Shown: piece by piece, positions 47,371 through 61,161 of the stretch
How positions within the stretch are numbered: the first letter of the stretch is position 1
Layout of the letters: the number at the start of each line of letters is the position of its first letter
Source: Amphiscolops sp. MND2022
Lineage: Eukaryota
Assembly (NCBI GenBank): GCA_964187785.1
Contig: OZ076419.1
Coordinates: 24,924,001-24,988,000, forward strand
Length of the DNA: 64,000 nucleotides
Direction: 5' to 3'
Translations under genes and position numbers: made by a program
Notes under the pieces: model-generated
What the model was told of the DNA's origin: nothing
What the model saw: only the letters and a program-made list of their open reading frames with translations
The model's database searches: none

Positions 47371-48805
47371 GAGCCAGGCCAAAAGTCGAGTTTAGAAGAT
47401 CAACAGAATTTTTTTTTCTTTTTTTCATTTTTCTTCGTTCATTTATTTTACAATACCTATGTTGTTGACTAGGAAAAAGCAGCTGATTACTACTGATAAT
47501 AATTTATTCCACCTTCGTATGTTTTAACTAAGGCGAATTTTTCTATCAAAGTAATTGTTTCTGTAGTTCAAATAGTCACTACTTTGAATTTGTTTCCGTG
47601 AATGATAAGATCTTGATCTTTAAAAGATCCTGTAAATAACCTTTATCGATAAACCTTCCACCACAATTGGAATCGAAAAACGAATTCAAGGTTAATCCTT
47701 CGGCCTTGCTAGAAACTCTTCTAGCTATCTGGTTACTTTATTACTTAAAGCTATTTGAACAACCGGACAATGAAAGATGTATATTGTATCGTTTCAAATT
47801 GAAACTACCAGTTTAAACTCCTGTTGTCGATTTCGAAGTGTTAAAGTGTGCAATTTTGTCTTTGGTTATCGAATAAACAAAAGATAGAGTCGTTTCATCT
47901 TTTCTATGAAGATTTCTCATTCGGTTTCGTAGTTTTTATCAATTTGTTCTCTAAATATACCAAATCCACCCTCAACTGAAAACATTGCCGTAATATCAGT
48001 AGAATAATTCACCCTTTACTCATTGAAAGGCATGCTGCTAACTTTATGTAGATTTGATTTCTTGGAAAATTAAAACAATTGTTCTTCTATAAACTTTTGA
48101 TGCTCTCTGATAAATTTAATTCAATGAAAGATATACAAGTTATGAGAATCAGTCTTCTACAGAGTTTTCAGAAATTGTGTCAAAACTATCTTCAAATTGT
48201 GAGAAATTGGTCCAATTTAACAAGGAGTTTCTTGAAGTTTTATTGAGAAAGAGTGGAACTTTTGATTGATGTTTTTTTCACTCAATTTTGTTCTTAAGTG
48301 GGAGTTTCAAATTTTCACACTTCCTCTTTTCGGTCATGAACGAACTTATTCAATATTCGGAAGCAATTATAGCTGTGTAAAGGTCAGAATGTAAGTCAAA
48401 TCCAGCAGTTAATGTTGATGAAAAAACTTTTGATGTATCAAAAACTAAAGTTCCATATTTAGTGGTGCGAAGAAAGAATGCGAAATAAACATTTTGATGC
48501 GCTTTCCAAAACCTCGAATAACTAAATAAAAAATAGGATCTCAGACAAAACAAAAATATCTTGAGAAAATTCATTTCAAGGGCTTTCAACTGATTTATTT
48601 ATTTACATAAAACAATTCCGCAAACCAGCGAAAAATTATTGCGTCTACAAATTGAAAAAAAACGAATATTACATAATTTTTGTCAAATTTCCATAATAAC
48701 CAACGTACATATTTAAACTGTTTCCCGAATTATCATTCGTTACAAAGTCGAAGGAAATATTTTTAACAGTGAATGTCCCTGTTGGCCGAAAAAGTCAACC
48801 AAAGA

Positions 48806-49566
48806 ATGGCAAGAATTACAATTCGCGCTTCAAAAAAACTATTTTACACGAGATGAAAAAAATGATCAACAAATTGCCTTATCTACAAGTTAAATCACGA
48901 AGATATTGATCAAATATGGCCTTCCAGCGCCAACAATTGCAAAGAAACCCTCCATTTCGCGCCCAAACAACAAAAAAAGAGAAAAACATCGCGGAAAACT
49001 GATGTTCGATAAAAACACCAGTTAAAAAACAGACGTTTCTTTTACGACACTATGTTTGAACTGAACAGTAAAGGCAAAGATCTTGTAAGAAGACCCAGAA
49101 AAACTTGATTGGATAGCCGTTTTTTCGAGAACAACATTTTTGTCTCGAAAAAATGATGGTATGAAGATATACTGGATTGAATGGCGACAGATTGCTTATA
49201 CCTATAAAAAACAAGGTGGATTCAGATGAATACACCAAAATTCTCAAAGATCATCTTACAAACTTCCTTTTTATGCAAGAACCGTTCCAACAAGACAACG
49301 CCCCAGCCCATATATTGATAAAAACTAAAAATTTTGGGAAAATTGGCCTGCACAGTCCTCTGATCTCAACCTAAACAAAAATTTGTCGAGTGTCGTGAAG
49401 AAAAACATCTGTAAAAGACATCCGGTTTTCCCTGGAAGACCTTTAGAATTATACAGCAAGATTTCGAAAGAGCTCCGGTTGAGTACATAGTAAAACTTTA
49501 CGACTCGTTTCCTGGACGATTACAGCTAGTTTTTCCAAAAAAAGGCTATCCGGTGAAATATATTAG
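48806..49566 (+). pseudogene. Tc1 transposase pseudogene
   Basis: FYDTMFELNSKGKDLVRRP (first Asp region), MMV*, FQQDNAPAH, an SxDLN motif, and the C-terminus LYDSFPGRLQLVFPKKGYPVKY*. Candidate right TIR ending CTG|TA at 49669-49671. Confidence 0.85.
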
Positions 49567-50384
49567 ACTTTTTTGTGCGTAATGATATGTTTTGTAGCGT
49601 AGTTTTTTAGTTATTTCTGGTGCCAGTCTCTTTAACAATGTGAGAAAGCCTAAAGTTGATCCCCCTCTGTAAATTTTTTAGAAAAACTTTTAAAAATGCT
49701 CAGGACGTTTTTGACAAAATAGCACAAATTTGAGGTTACCAAAACCAAAAAGACCCAAGGGGAGTCTTTCCTGCTTCTCGTGATAAGTCTCAAAAAGTCA
49801 TATCGTGTCACGAAACTGAAAGAGCACCCTTCGTATAGAATTATTGTAAACAGTGAAAAAAATTAATCCCCATTCGAAATCGAACCATTGCGCATCGAGC
49901 CACTAGGCCAAGTAGCAAGAGTTTGCCACAAAAGGCTGTTTTGAAAATGATTCATTCAGCGTGAGCTCTATGATCTCAAGAAAAAACTACTTACAGTGAA
50001 GCTGAGCACATTGTCTTATGAAATGCGCCGACTGAAGACTTGAATGATGTTCTAAAAATACAAAAAGTACGCATGGTATTTGTTTTTTAGGAGTGATCGT
50101 AACTCGACTTTCCCAGACTTTAGTGATATATTTCTGTAGCTGAATTGAAAGTGATACAAGAAAATACTGCAAATGGCAACAATCCAAATTATTGTGAGAA
50201 ATTTCGAATTTGGGTTTAATAACCATTTTTGATTGATTTCAGATCCCTAACGTGCTACAATTATCAGCCATGATTCCAATCGCCTACTGCAATTACTCAA
50301 ACATTTTCATATCTCTAGTGCTTATCAACACATGGTTCATCAGCACTTGACCGAAAAGTTCAGTCTGACTGCCAGGAACATTTA

Positions 50385-50756
50385 TTATTTTCCGCCCACA
50401 TATAATGGGGGAGGAAAATTATAATCTGTGTTGTGCGTTTTTGTCCAAATTCTGCCAAATCTCCACGATCTCCATCCACTACTTGACTATTTTTATAGTT
50501 ACTTGACTATTGTTGACGCATACTCGCTCAAGTGAAATCCGCATAGTGACGTTTGCCCAGAATATCATTCTCACATAGTGACGTATGCTCATTCTAGTAA
50601 ATTCCGCATAGTGACACATTCAGTTACTAGTAACTAAAATACTAGAATAAAAGAAGAAGAATTTGAAGATGAAGAATCTTCTAAAGTAGTTAGGTAACTA
50701 AAATAGTTAACTAAAAAGGCGGAAAAAATACCGGTGCCTAGCGGGCGTGTTGTTTT
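50385..50756 (+). mobile_element. H2 copy 3
   Basis: ATTTTCCGCCC ... GGCGGAAAAAATACCGGTGCCTAGCGGGCGTGTTGTTTT. Internal GCATAGTGAC repeats. Confidence 0.65.
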
Positions 50757-51426
50757 GCAACACTCGTGAGGACAAGTCCGTGAGGACAAGTCCAGTCAAG
50801 TTACAAATGTCAGAACCGTCCCGCATCTTGACATGTATTTGTCGATCATTTGCGATTCACAGAATACTACAGTAATTTGTCAGTGTTTCTACAGGCGCAC
50901 AATGAAAATTCACTGTTTTGTTCAGTTTGTTCAGTTCTGTTAGTGTTTTTAATCGCCGTGGAGCAAATCTAAAATGCCTCTAACATGCTTTACGTCGTTT
51001 ACAAGGCTAGACAGCACCAAAAGGTCTCACCTTTGGGTGTTTTTGCACTGTGACTATTCAAAGTTTTTTTTGTTCCACCATAGTGTTTTTCTTTCACTTT
51101 TTTGCTGTTTTCATTGAGAAAACGCTTTTCCCGACCTCAACCTCTTATATTCAAAAATTTTTGGCACTAGAGGGTTATACGGAATTAGAACACAGCCTTT
51201 ATTCATATTGAAAGGACTCTTTGCGTTTGCTGAGCCAGTAGCAGGGCGCCGGCATGCATCGTTCCGGGCTTTCAGAACATTTTGTGAGACAATTGAAAAT
51301 TTTTTTGTCCTGTTGGGATTTTTCAGAACATCAGGATCTTGAATAATTTTGATTCCCCTGTTTTGATTATGTTTTATTTTGCTTTGGAAAGGTCTTCGAA
51401 TATAATTTTAGATAGCGCTCTTTGAA

Positions 51427-52044
51427 ACCAGTCGGGACAGGCCCAAGTCGGCGCCATATCTAAGGCTCAAAAATAGCGAAAGAACTTCAAAGTGTCAAAG
51501 TTCTCTCTTCTACAGCACCCGAAAAAAAAACAAAAGTTGGACCAAGTTGGCGCCCTAGAGGGGCGCTCTGAGATTTTTTCATCCATTCTGTCGCAAATCA
51601 TGTAAAAATTGAAGAGAAAACTTTTTGGTGAAAAAAAATTTGAAAAAAAAGTTTTTTAAAAACAGGTCTCACAATGCTGGAAAATTACTGAAAGGGGGTC
51701 CCTTTGGGATTTATCAACTTGCGTTTATCCTTTCTGTCGCAAAACTCCAAAAAAAATTGCAGGGGACCCTCTGGTGAGAAAAAAAGTTTCGAAAAAAGGT
51801 CGCACAATGCCGAACAAAATGAAAGGGGGACCTTTTACTCTCGCCCGTTATTGTGTCACGCGGAAAAAAAGGAAAAACCTTTTTGGTTCAGTTCCTTTGG
51901 CCAACAGGTACAATTTAAAAGTTTGTAGAACTTTTGGTAGACTTTTGGTAATATTTTGTTCACTTCAGATGTATCAAAAACAACACTGACAAAAAAAGCC
52001 ATGACTATAGTCGACTCTTTTCTTAAGAAAAGCGCCGACTGAAA
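51427..52044 (-). mobile_element. H1 copy
   Basis: CCAAGTCGGCGCCATATCTAAGGCTC ... AAAAGCGCCGACTGAAA. Confidence 0.72.
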
Positions 52045-54028
52045 CGTGCACGACTCTAAGTGGCAAGTTTTTTCTTCAGTCGCCGTCAAATGTCCACTTT
52101 TATGAATTTTCATAAACTTCATAAATTTCACCAAACAACGCTGTCGTAGTGGATGAGTGGGTAGCTGAAATCTGATGTAACGGGAACCTCTGGTACAGCG
52201 ATTTTGCGACTTGGACATGTTCGGAAATTTTGTCAAAAATTCTAATTCGCTGTGTGACGTGGCACGGAGCATGTGATTGCTCTTTTCGCTGTTTTCGCCA
52301 TTTCCCATGCAAAACGAGGACCGAGCAAGACCGAGCGAGAAGACAGAGAACGAAGAAGCCCATGCGCTTAGAAAACTCAGAAAAATAGACTCTTTTTCAG
52401 GTGCTAACCCTGGTTTTCTTTCTTTGATTTTAGCATTATGCTACCTTAAGTAGCGGAAACCAGCAAAATGAGTCTTTTGGCTTAATTATCCTTGTTTGGT
52501 GCTTGGAGTCCCTGCGCCCCAGCTTTTAGCTGTGTGGTTTGCCATATTCGTGCCTATTCTGATGTATTTTCACTGGTTTTAGCTAGCTCGAGCGCTAGTT
52601 TTGGCATTTTAGACGTTATTCCCCATTTTAGAACTTAGTACCCATGTCACCCTGAAATTGGATATTTACCTCATTCTTGGCATTGTTTTGATATGCTAGT
52701 TAGGCGGTGGTCTTTAGAGAGTCAGGAAGATGCCCGCTACTATTAGCAATCAAAGACTAGGACCGGTTGGACAGTATTCATCGAAGCACCCACGGCCTCG
52801 GGACGTATTTCACCCCTGGAGGCAAAATGGATCTGTGGCGATGGGCGCCCGTCCCGAGCGATTTACCCATTTCTGCAGGTTCCTCCACCTCTGTTAACGT
52901 GTTAAGCGACCGACAACAACAATAAGTGTGTGGGTTTTGAAACCCATGATGAACAATTCTTTATGATTTTCGAAAAATAATCGATGCCAAAGAAACCCCA
53001 CTTTGGGTTTGGAAAAAGCGTTTATTGAGCCTTATGGGAGTTTCGGCACTGCGGATTTTTTGAGATTTTTTAAATTGTTTTCAAAAACTTAAGTTTTGTT
53101 TCCAATTCGCTCTTCTCGAGTCTTAAGGGTTCCCTTCGGATATTTTTGGCACTATATGACAATTGAAGAGTTTCACAATAGCTGTTCCTTTAATACAATA
53201 CTGAGATAAAGAAATATATCCCAGGGAGATTTTAGGCTGGATTGAAGATATTGAAAAACATCAGAAGTAAAAGTTTGTTTAGAATTTTATCTAGTTTACA
53301 CTGGTGTTTTTTGAAAGTTTCTGAGACAAAAATTGAGAAAGTTACAAAAAGTTAGCTGATTTCACTTGATCCGCCAATCAAAATTGACAAAATAGTGAAC
53401 AAACAGTTTTAATTAGCTGAGAAGATCATTAGGAGACGATTTTTTATTCAGAAAACTGTATTTCCAACGGATTGCTTTTTTGAACCTTGGGAGGGGCGCC
53501 GTGTTGGACTGTCCCCGGCTTGTTTTTAATTCCTGTACGTTTTTGACTTTATTCAGCTTCTAGGTGTTTTTCACAAATTCCAGGCATGAATCATATGATT
53601 GCATGCGAAAAAGCTAGTTCGTGCACATAGACCACGAATGAGATCAAATGACTTAAAATCGTGTAATAGGCATTGTGCAAAGCTTCCTGTCAAACGCTTA
53701 TCCAAAATTACCAAATGTTCCGTTTAATGAGTTCCCTAAATCGTAAAAAAAATTGTGGGATAGGTCTCTATTTATTAGCAGTCGGAAAACTTTTCTACTA
53801 CTTATGCACTCGTACCTTTTTTTCTTCCGACTTTTATATATAAAACATTCAAACTTCTCAAAAACTGTCAAAACGATTTTTTCAAAGTCTAACAGAACCA
53901 TATTACACCCAAATATGCTCCTGCGTGCACAATGACATCAAAGTTTTACTACTGGGATCTAAGAAGGATATCCAAAATTTATCCAAAAAGGAACATTGAC
54001 AATAAAGTGCGTAATTTATTTTTCAATG

Positions 54029-54229
54029 TGAAGAACAACAGCAAATTGATCTAAAGACTGTTGAAAAACAATCCGTTGCTAATTTTAGTTCGTAGACTAA
54101 CAACTACTTAGTTTTGTACAAGGACCTCGATATCATTGCAGTAAACTTTCAGCTCGAGTAAACGTTATCCTTTCTTCTCTTTTCTTTGAACAAGCTATTC
54201 TCTTAGAATACTTCCTTTCTTTTAAAACA
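54029..54229 (+). repeat. 5' LTR of the decayed Gypsy
   Basis: TGAAGAACAACAGC...TTTAAAACA; aligns by eye to 61162-61351 with many substitutions and indels. Confidence 0.8.
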
Positions 54230-55507
54230 TTCAAAGCGTGACACAGTGCAGTAAATGAAATACGAGGAGAACAACACATCGGGAGAAACAAGCAGCCGAA
54301 AACTCCTAAACAACACAACTACGAGATCGGTAGAACGGACATTCACTCGAATGTGACCCATTCCTATCTCAGAAAAGAACGATCACACCGTTGCTAAACT
54401 ATAGTGGAGAAAGTTCGCCAAGTATATCAAAACGACCCGTGAAAAATATTTATCAATAATGACCATTTCCAAAGAAAAACCACAATACAGAGACCAACTG
54501 GAGGAAGAAAAAAATGTCTTCACTTGGGCAATTAGACAATCAGCGCTCACAGAAATGACAAAGACGGTACGCGACAAAAACCAAATTCTTACTATTTTAC
54601 CAACTTTACGCATTAATTAGAATACAATTTACTCCTGACCGGATGAAACTTCACAGCAGGGCAGATTTCTTTGACCTAAAAAAGGAACCGGAGAAACGTA
54701 GAACTATGAACTTGAAGAAATTACGGCAGCAGAACTATTCGCTTCAAAAATCTCTCAGTATTTGAGAAATCTATAGGAGACAACGATCTGAAGAAGAAAA
54801 TGAATAAAGGAGACACATGTATGAGAAAATGAGTCCAAAGTCTCCGAAGAAAAAACAAAAATCAAACAAGTGGAATAAAAAGAACCTTCCAAAAACCCGA
54901 AAAAAAAACAACACAAAGTCAGAAAAGTTGATTGAATCAGCTGTGGTGGACCCAACTGGAAGAAACAACATGACTGCCCTGCAAAAACCAAGAAGTGCCT
55001 AAACAGCGGAAAAACCGAACGGTAATAAAAACAATGTCCATCAAAAAAGAGAACAGACAGGAAAATAAAACACATTTACCCAGAGTCCGAGGCAACCAGC
55101 GCAGAAGAAGATGACTAGACTCCAAACAAAACACACTTGGTAACAAGAACGGTCCATTCAAAGTCACAAACATCTGATGATGGACAATCATTCTTTACTT
55201 CAACGGCATTGGTTAATAAAAGTCCAATCAACTATATAATTGACGGCGGATGGCCTGTAACATTAATACCCAAACAAATGTTCAACCGAATCACGCCGAG
55301 ACGTCCATTGCAAACAAGACATAGGGACGTAATTAACAACAAAATCGAATTCGAAGCAATCACATTAAAACACGTTGAAATCAACGGAGAAAAGAAAAAA
55401 TTGGAGCTCCAAATAACAACAAAAACAAGAAGAACAAATCCACTGCTCAAATTAAGCAGCTAGGAATCAAATTAGAAATTGAAAACACTAACTTGAGAAT
55501 CCAAAAC

Positions 55508-56831
55508 CATTACGCCGCATAACCCTACACTTTTTGAAAACTGCAAAAATGACTGCTAACCGGAGGTAGCACCTACCAGACCTGGAGTCCGCTGTTTAAA
55601 ATGACGGATTTCAAAGACACACTTTATAACACGTGCAGCGGAATCTGCTTGCAATTTTTTCTGGACAAATCTCTTTACATTGAATTTTTGGTGGATTCCA
55701 GAGGCATATCTTTTTATATTAGACAGCAGTGAATTCCGCAGTCACTGTACCGGAATCCGGGGTCACATAATATTACACAGCATAAAAACAGCGGATTCCA
55801 GGGACAAGCTTTCGTAATGTAGAAGGAAAAACAGTAGAATCTACTGCTGCGACAGCGGATTCCGCAGTAGCGCTAGTGGATGCCGCTGTTGTGCAAGCGA
55901 ATTCCGCAGTTTTTGACAGCTGCTGTTTTTAACAGTGGATTCCACTCCAAGATAAGGCGAATTATGTACCGTACCTTGTTTAAATAGCCCCTACAACATT
56001 TATGTTTTAGCATCATATGTATTCCTTCTGGTTCATCACCCATCAGCACACATCAATGACAATTCAATGAATGACACACATAGTTTGGATTTGGCTACAC
56101 AGGAAACTATAGCCTTTTTAAATGTTTTAATTAATTAGTTATTTCGAATTTGAAAATTTTTAGGTAAATCAATTTTGGTCAATTTGTTCAATCTGCCTAT
56201 CAAATGCATTCAAAACTATGCGAACCTGGTTCAGCATATGTCAATTGAACTAGTGATTCAAAGAATTTCTAAATTAATAATAATTTATATTAATGTTCAA
56301 TCTGCATATCAAACGCATTCAAAACTATGTGAACTTGGTTCAGCGTATGTCAATTGATCTAGTGGTTTTAAGAATTTGTAAATTAATATTTAATTATATT
56401 AATTACAGTATCGATTTGTAAGAATGTTATCAATACTTAACTTCATAATTTGTGCTAAATTTTTGTGACAATTAGAGTGTGTCAAATGTGTTGTAATCAA
56501 GTTTTTGCATGCTTATATTATCAATGAAGAAAGGAGCCAATTTCAGTCAATATTCAGTTGTCACTAATGCATTTTGTCCGAACTTTGGAAAAACAAATTC
56601 AAAAAACGCGCTCTACTATCCTCTGTGTTTAAGAGAGTTCCACGATTTCGAGCTGACCAATGCAGCGGATTCCGCAATTTTGCCTTATCGTCAACTGAAA
56701 TCCCGAGAAATTATACACTGCGGTATTAGTCCCTGAATTCCGCGCGGCGAATTTCGCTCTTTGCGGTTGGTATGTTTTAAAGCTTGGCCCAGGTGAGCCG
56801 CACAAAAAGTGTAGGGTTATGCGTCGTAATG
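55508..56831. mobile_element. Non-autonomous TIR element (CMC/EnSpm-like) inserted in the decayed Gypsy pol
   Basis: 28-bp TIR CATTACG(C/A)CGCATAACCCTACACTTTTTG. 2-bp TSD AC. Removing the element restores the reading frame RIQNIEKDPDIIEMQK. Internal GCGGATTCCGC-like subterminal palindromes. Confidence 0.8.
56185..56400. repeat. Tandem duplication, unit about 109 bp
   Basis: TGTTCAATCTGC.TATCAAA.GCATTCAAAACTATG starts at 56185 and again at 56294. Confidence 0.85.
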
Positions 56832-57191
56832 ACATCGAAAAAGATCCAGATATAATTGAAATGCAGAAAAAACACTATTCCACGAAAAAAAAACAGTAAA
56901 AAGAATAGAGGTAGAAACATGACGCCAAATTAATACAACAAGAAAACCGTCCAATGCCAACTCATCTGCAGCCAGCGGTCGGTAAACAAACAGAAAGACC
57001 AAAAAAACGGCCAAATAGCAAAAGCAAGAAACATTGATGAAAACTGTTTTGTCAGCCCAGCAAAATTACCCGTGAAAAAAGACAAAATGGTACTAAAGAT
57101 CGCCGTATATTTACAAAAACGTAACGAAATAACCGTGAAAAGAAAAGCACAAATCTCCAATATGGAATAGCTGAAATCACGGCAATCAAGA

Positions 57192-57720
57192 ACAAGCCGA
57201 GAACGGTCAAAGTCGGCGCCATATCCAAGGCTCAAATTGAAAAGGGGGGACCCTTCGGGCTTTGTGAAACTCCAGCTGGTTGCAAAAAATGAAAAAAAAA
57301 TGAAGGGGGACCCTTTGGGGACAAGAAAAAATTTCCAAAAAATATTTTTCCAATGAGATTTTTGAACAGTGTCACAGTGACGAAAAATGTAAAAGGGGGG
57401 ACCCATTGCACATTTTGATATCCATTGTGTTGCAAAATATCGAAACAAATGAAGGGGGAACCTTTGTGCAATCCAAAAAGTCTCATAGTGCCGAAAAAAG
57501 TGGGGCTATGGGGGATCCTTAGTGCGTTTTCGAGGTTCTGGACGTCTGTTTTTTTTGTTTTCGTTTTGGATGCGCTTCTGAGGTTGGAGTTGTTGAAATT
57601 TGAAGTTGTTGAGACTTGACGTTGTTGAACAAATGAACAAAAATGTGGACCTTACGCGTCTAAAAAAACTACCCACTGTAATAGTCGGGCTCATTTTCTA
57701 CTAAAATGCGCCGACTAAAA
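57192..57720 (-). mobile_element. H1 copy inserted in the RT region of the decayed Gypsy
   Basis: ACAAGCCGAGAACGGTCAAAGTCGGCGCC ... ATGCGCCGACTAAAA. RT homology resumes on both sides. The site is A-rich on plus (T-rich on minus) and has no clear TSD. Confidence 0.78.
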
Positions 57721-60700
57721 ACAACTGACGGAGCAGCCGGCAGGTTTGGATATCAAACATCGAACTGACTACGCTTACGGCCAACAGCATATGTCAAAAA
57801 ACGCAATGGATTTTCGCTTATTCGCAATAACAGGTAGTACCTTCACAGACTACTGCAGATTTTTGAAGATGTTTTATTGCCGGGCAGACGCGTGGCTCGA
57901 TGACATTTTGGTAGGCACAAAAGGGACAAAAGAACAGCATAAACGTGAGGTAATGAGGTAGAAACAAAACTAGAGTAAAAAAAAACTCAAGATATAGATT
58001 GAGTGAAAAACAAAACGGAATTCTTCAAAGCCGAAATAGAGTGGGTAGAGCACAAATACAATCAAAACGGTATTAGACCGTTACAAGACACATTAAAAGC
58101 GACACAAGAGTTGCAAGAACTAAAAAACGAAAAGGAAGTAAAATCCTTGCTGGGGGAAATTCAGTACTTGTCAAAGTACAATGAAAATCTGTAAACAAAA
58201 AGAGATTTAATCAGATAATTTTTTTAAAAAAGCAAAACCAATGGGACTGAAAAACGAAACAAACTGAAGCGTTTACAGAATTAAAGAACAAAATCACGAA
58301 GAAACCCTGTTTGGCACGCTATAGCCCCGTCGACTGAATAAAAGAACAACGGATTCGGGTACAAAAGGACTAGGCGCAACACTCTGGCAAAGACAAGAAA
58401 CGGAAACCTCAAACTGATAGCGTTCACAAGCAGGTTTCTCTCGGACAGCGAAGCGAAATACGCAATCAACGAATTAGAACTGCTAGTGGTATTTTGGGGA
58501 TTAGAACATTTCCAGCGCATTAAGATGAAGCGTACGAGGAAGAGTACGTAATTAATTGCATAGTACAGCACTACAGCTTTGTTTTAAAATTCAGTTTAAT
58601 TAACACCCATTTTAACCAATCACAAACCGAGAACGGACCAGCAATTGCGGCAAAAGCAAACAAACAGCGATCATTGGACAAACTGCCATTAACAGCCTTG
58701 AGCGCATCGCATACAGCAACGCAATATTCAAGGTTACCGCACTCGGAAAGAAGCCAAAAACAATGGAGGCCAGAACCGTTGATATATTCGAGAAATTACA
58801 TCCATCGCAAGAAACCGCCAACGTAATAGAAAAATCATTGTTACGTCGGGAGCTCTCCCCGGCAGGTGGAAAAATTACCACGAACTCAAATATCTTCGTG
58901 GTGAAAGGAAACCGACAGAAGCAACCGGAAATAATCCGCAGACCAGAAAACCCGGTCACGGAAATTAGAAACCGGCTAAACCAAGAACAATGAACTGATT
59001 ATTTTCCATAACCGGTAGTTCACGTCACCACGAATTTTCAGAGCGGGTTGTATTCCTAGAAATGAAGAAGACAAGGAGATGACAAACAAAGTACATCCAG
59101 TACACCCAGCGCGTCCGGTAACAAAGTGCACTGGATTAAAGACCAAAGAAATAGGGAGAAATCTCCAGCCATCAGAAAGACTAAAACGGAATTTGCAACG
59201 GACTTCCAGTTACTGCTGACGAAGACAACTAACGACCCGCAACTATAACAACTCTCGATTGTGTAAAAGACAACAATTCGATAACAACCCCAAGAACAAA
59301 ACCTGTACGAACGAAAGATATCAACAACATACGGACTAGTGTTTTTCGAAGAAAACCTTTTCGTTGTTCGTCCCAGCCAACTGCCGCACCCCGTCATCAC
59401 CTCATTATATAAAGGCCATTCGATCATCAAAGATCATCACTGGTGGCCGAAACTGACTGAAGCTATTCAGAAAAATGCGACAGCTGCATACCGTGTAAAC
59501 TTTCGGGTAAGAACCTTAAACCCAAAATACCTAAGTCGGAACAAAACTGTCTACCCCCATTGAACGCACCAATTGGAAAAATCAATTTGGATTTCATCCG
59601 ACCAATCACGGAAAGGATTCGTTAATTTTTTAAAAATTTTTCATGGACCGGTATAGTAAATGGCCAGTCGCCAATCTGTGCAAAATGACAGACGGGAAAA
59701 CAGCAGTAAAGTTTTTTAATGATACATTAAACGGAAGGAAGTACCTAAAACCATACGAACCGACAAAAGGTGGACGTTCACAGGCACTTCTTTTTGAGAT
59801 TTCTGTAAGATAAATTTCCTCTGACTAATATACGAACAACGTAAGTTCATACTCCCACCGGCTGAGAAGAGCGCGGAGTGAGATCTTCTAAAGAAAGTCT
59901 GCCAAAAAACTTTAACGCATGCGAATCATTAGGAAAAGCACTCGACCTAGCCTAGGTGGTTATGCGAATCACCGACACACCAGATTGGAAAACAACTGTA
60001 ATCGAACTACTTTCAGGTAAAGAACCAAACACAGAGTTATGTACTTTGTTGAAAATCGAAAAAAAACTAACAACGAACCATTCCTTTTCAACAAAACCAG
60101 AAGCCTTACTGGTTTACACATACAGTGGGCAATGCGGTAGCTCGGACCATCTGTCAATGGAACAAAAGAAAAAAGGCTCGAAAACGGTGAAAACAAACCC
60201 GTTCAAATTCGTTGAACGGAACAACAAATTCTTTGAACAAGAAAAAAACAAAAGAAGCAAAGTTTGAAAGCCCAGATTCGGAAAAATCACAAACAACTGT
60301 TACGGGAACAAACCCTATCGTAACCACATCAGATAAAAGAACAATTCATCGTAAAACAATCGGTAAACCAGCTAAATCATTTGAACATTTGAACAAGAAC
60401 CATCAAACAGAGGCACCGGACAAAGAGGACCGGATGGAATATTCGCGAAAAAAGGAGTAAAGGCCGCAGCTACTCCCGAAAGCTACCCATCACGAGACGA
60501 GCTACTGGGAACCAGTCCAAAAATGTACACAAATAGTCTGCTAATCCGAAACCGCACAACATCCTTGTCACCGGAGAAAAGGACCAGAAGTTCTGTGGTA
60601 CAGAACACAAGCAAACAACACTGACCAATAACAACTGGACCAAATGAAAACTGGATTATTCCGACATCTATCAAGCAATTAGTGATGCACAGTTCTCAGG

Positions 60701-61161
60701 ACAAGAGGTTCACATCAGAGATTAAAACAGTAAGGTAACCTTCAAAACCGTTGAAAAGGTAGAAGAAAATACGGTTGATCTATCAAACTTAGAACTAGCA
60801 AGTAATTTAAGCTCTAGCACTGAAATCAAAACAGAATTAGAAAAAAAACAGATGAAACTAGCCTACGCCGTCCAAAAGACTAACGAAAACTAACCTAATT
60901 GTTATATTAAAAAATCCAGTCAATCAGAATGATTACAGAAAACACCGCAAAACGAACCAACAGAAAAACTCGGAGCGGGACAGCGAGGAAGACCAATAAA
61001 CCGCTCACAACATCAGACGAACCAATCAACGGAGACTTGTCATGCTTATTACAGAATCCCGGACACAACATCATCAGGACGTGGACGGTCGTCCGTCCAC
61101 AACAACAAAACAGACAGCAACGGATCCATTGGATAACTCTCGTCTAATTGGTGATGGGGGA

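Larger units (their letters stand above)
55200..59900 (+). pseudogene. Frameshifted pol remnants (PR-RT-RH-IN) of the decayed Gypsy
   Basis: Remnant versus intact element: YIIDGGWPVTLIP vs MIDSGSPITI; ENCFVSPAKLPVKKDK vs EMFIQPVVITVKKDR; DYAYGQ; AWLDDILVGTKGTKEQH vs TFIDDILIVTKGTKDDH; KYAINELELLVVFWGLEHF; HHWWPKL. Confidence 0.88.

Noticed and set aside
54230-54250. PBS of the decayed Gypsy
   Set aside because: No TGG start is recognisable after the left LTR; too decayed to assign a primer tRNA.
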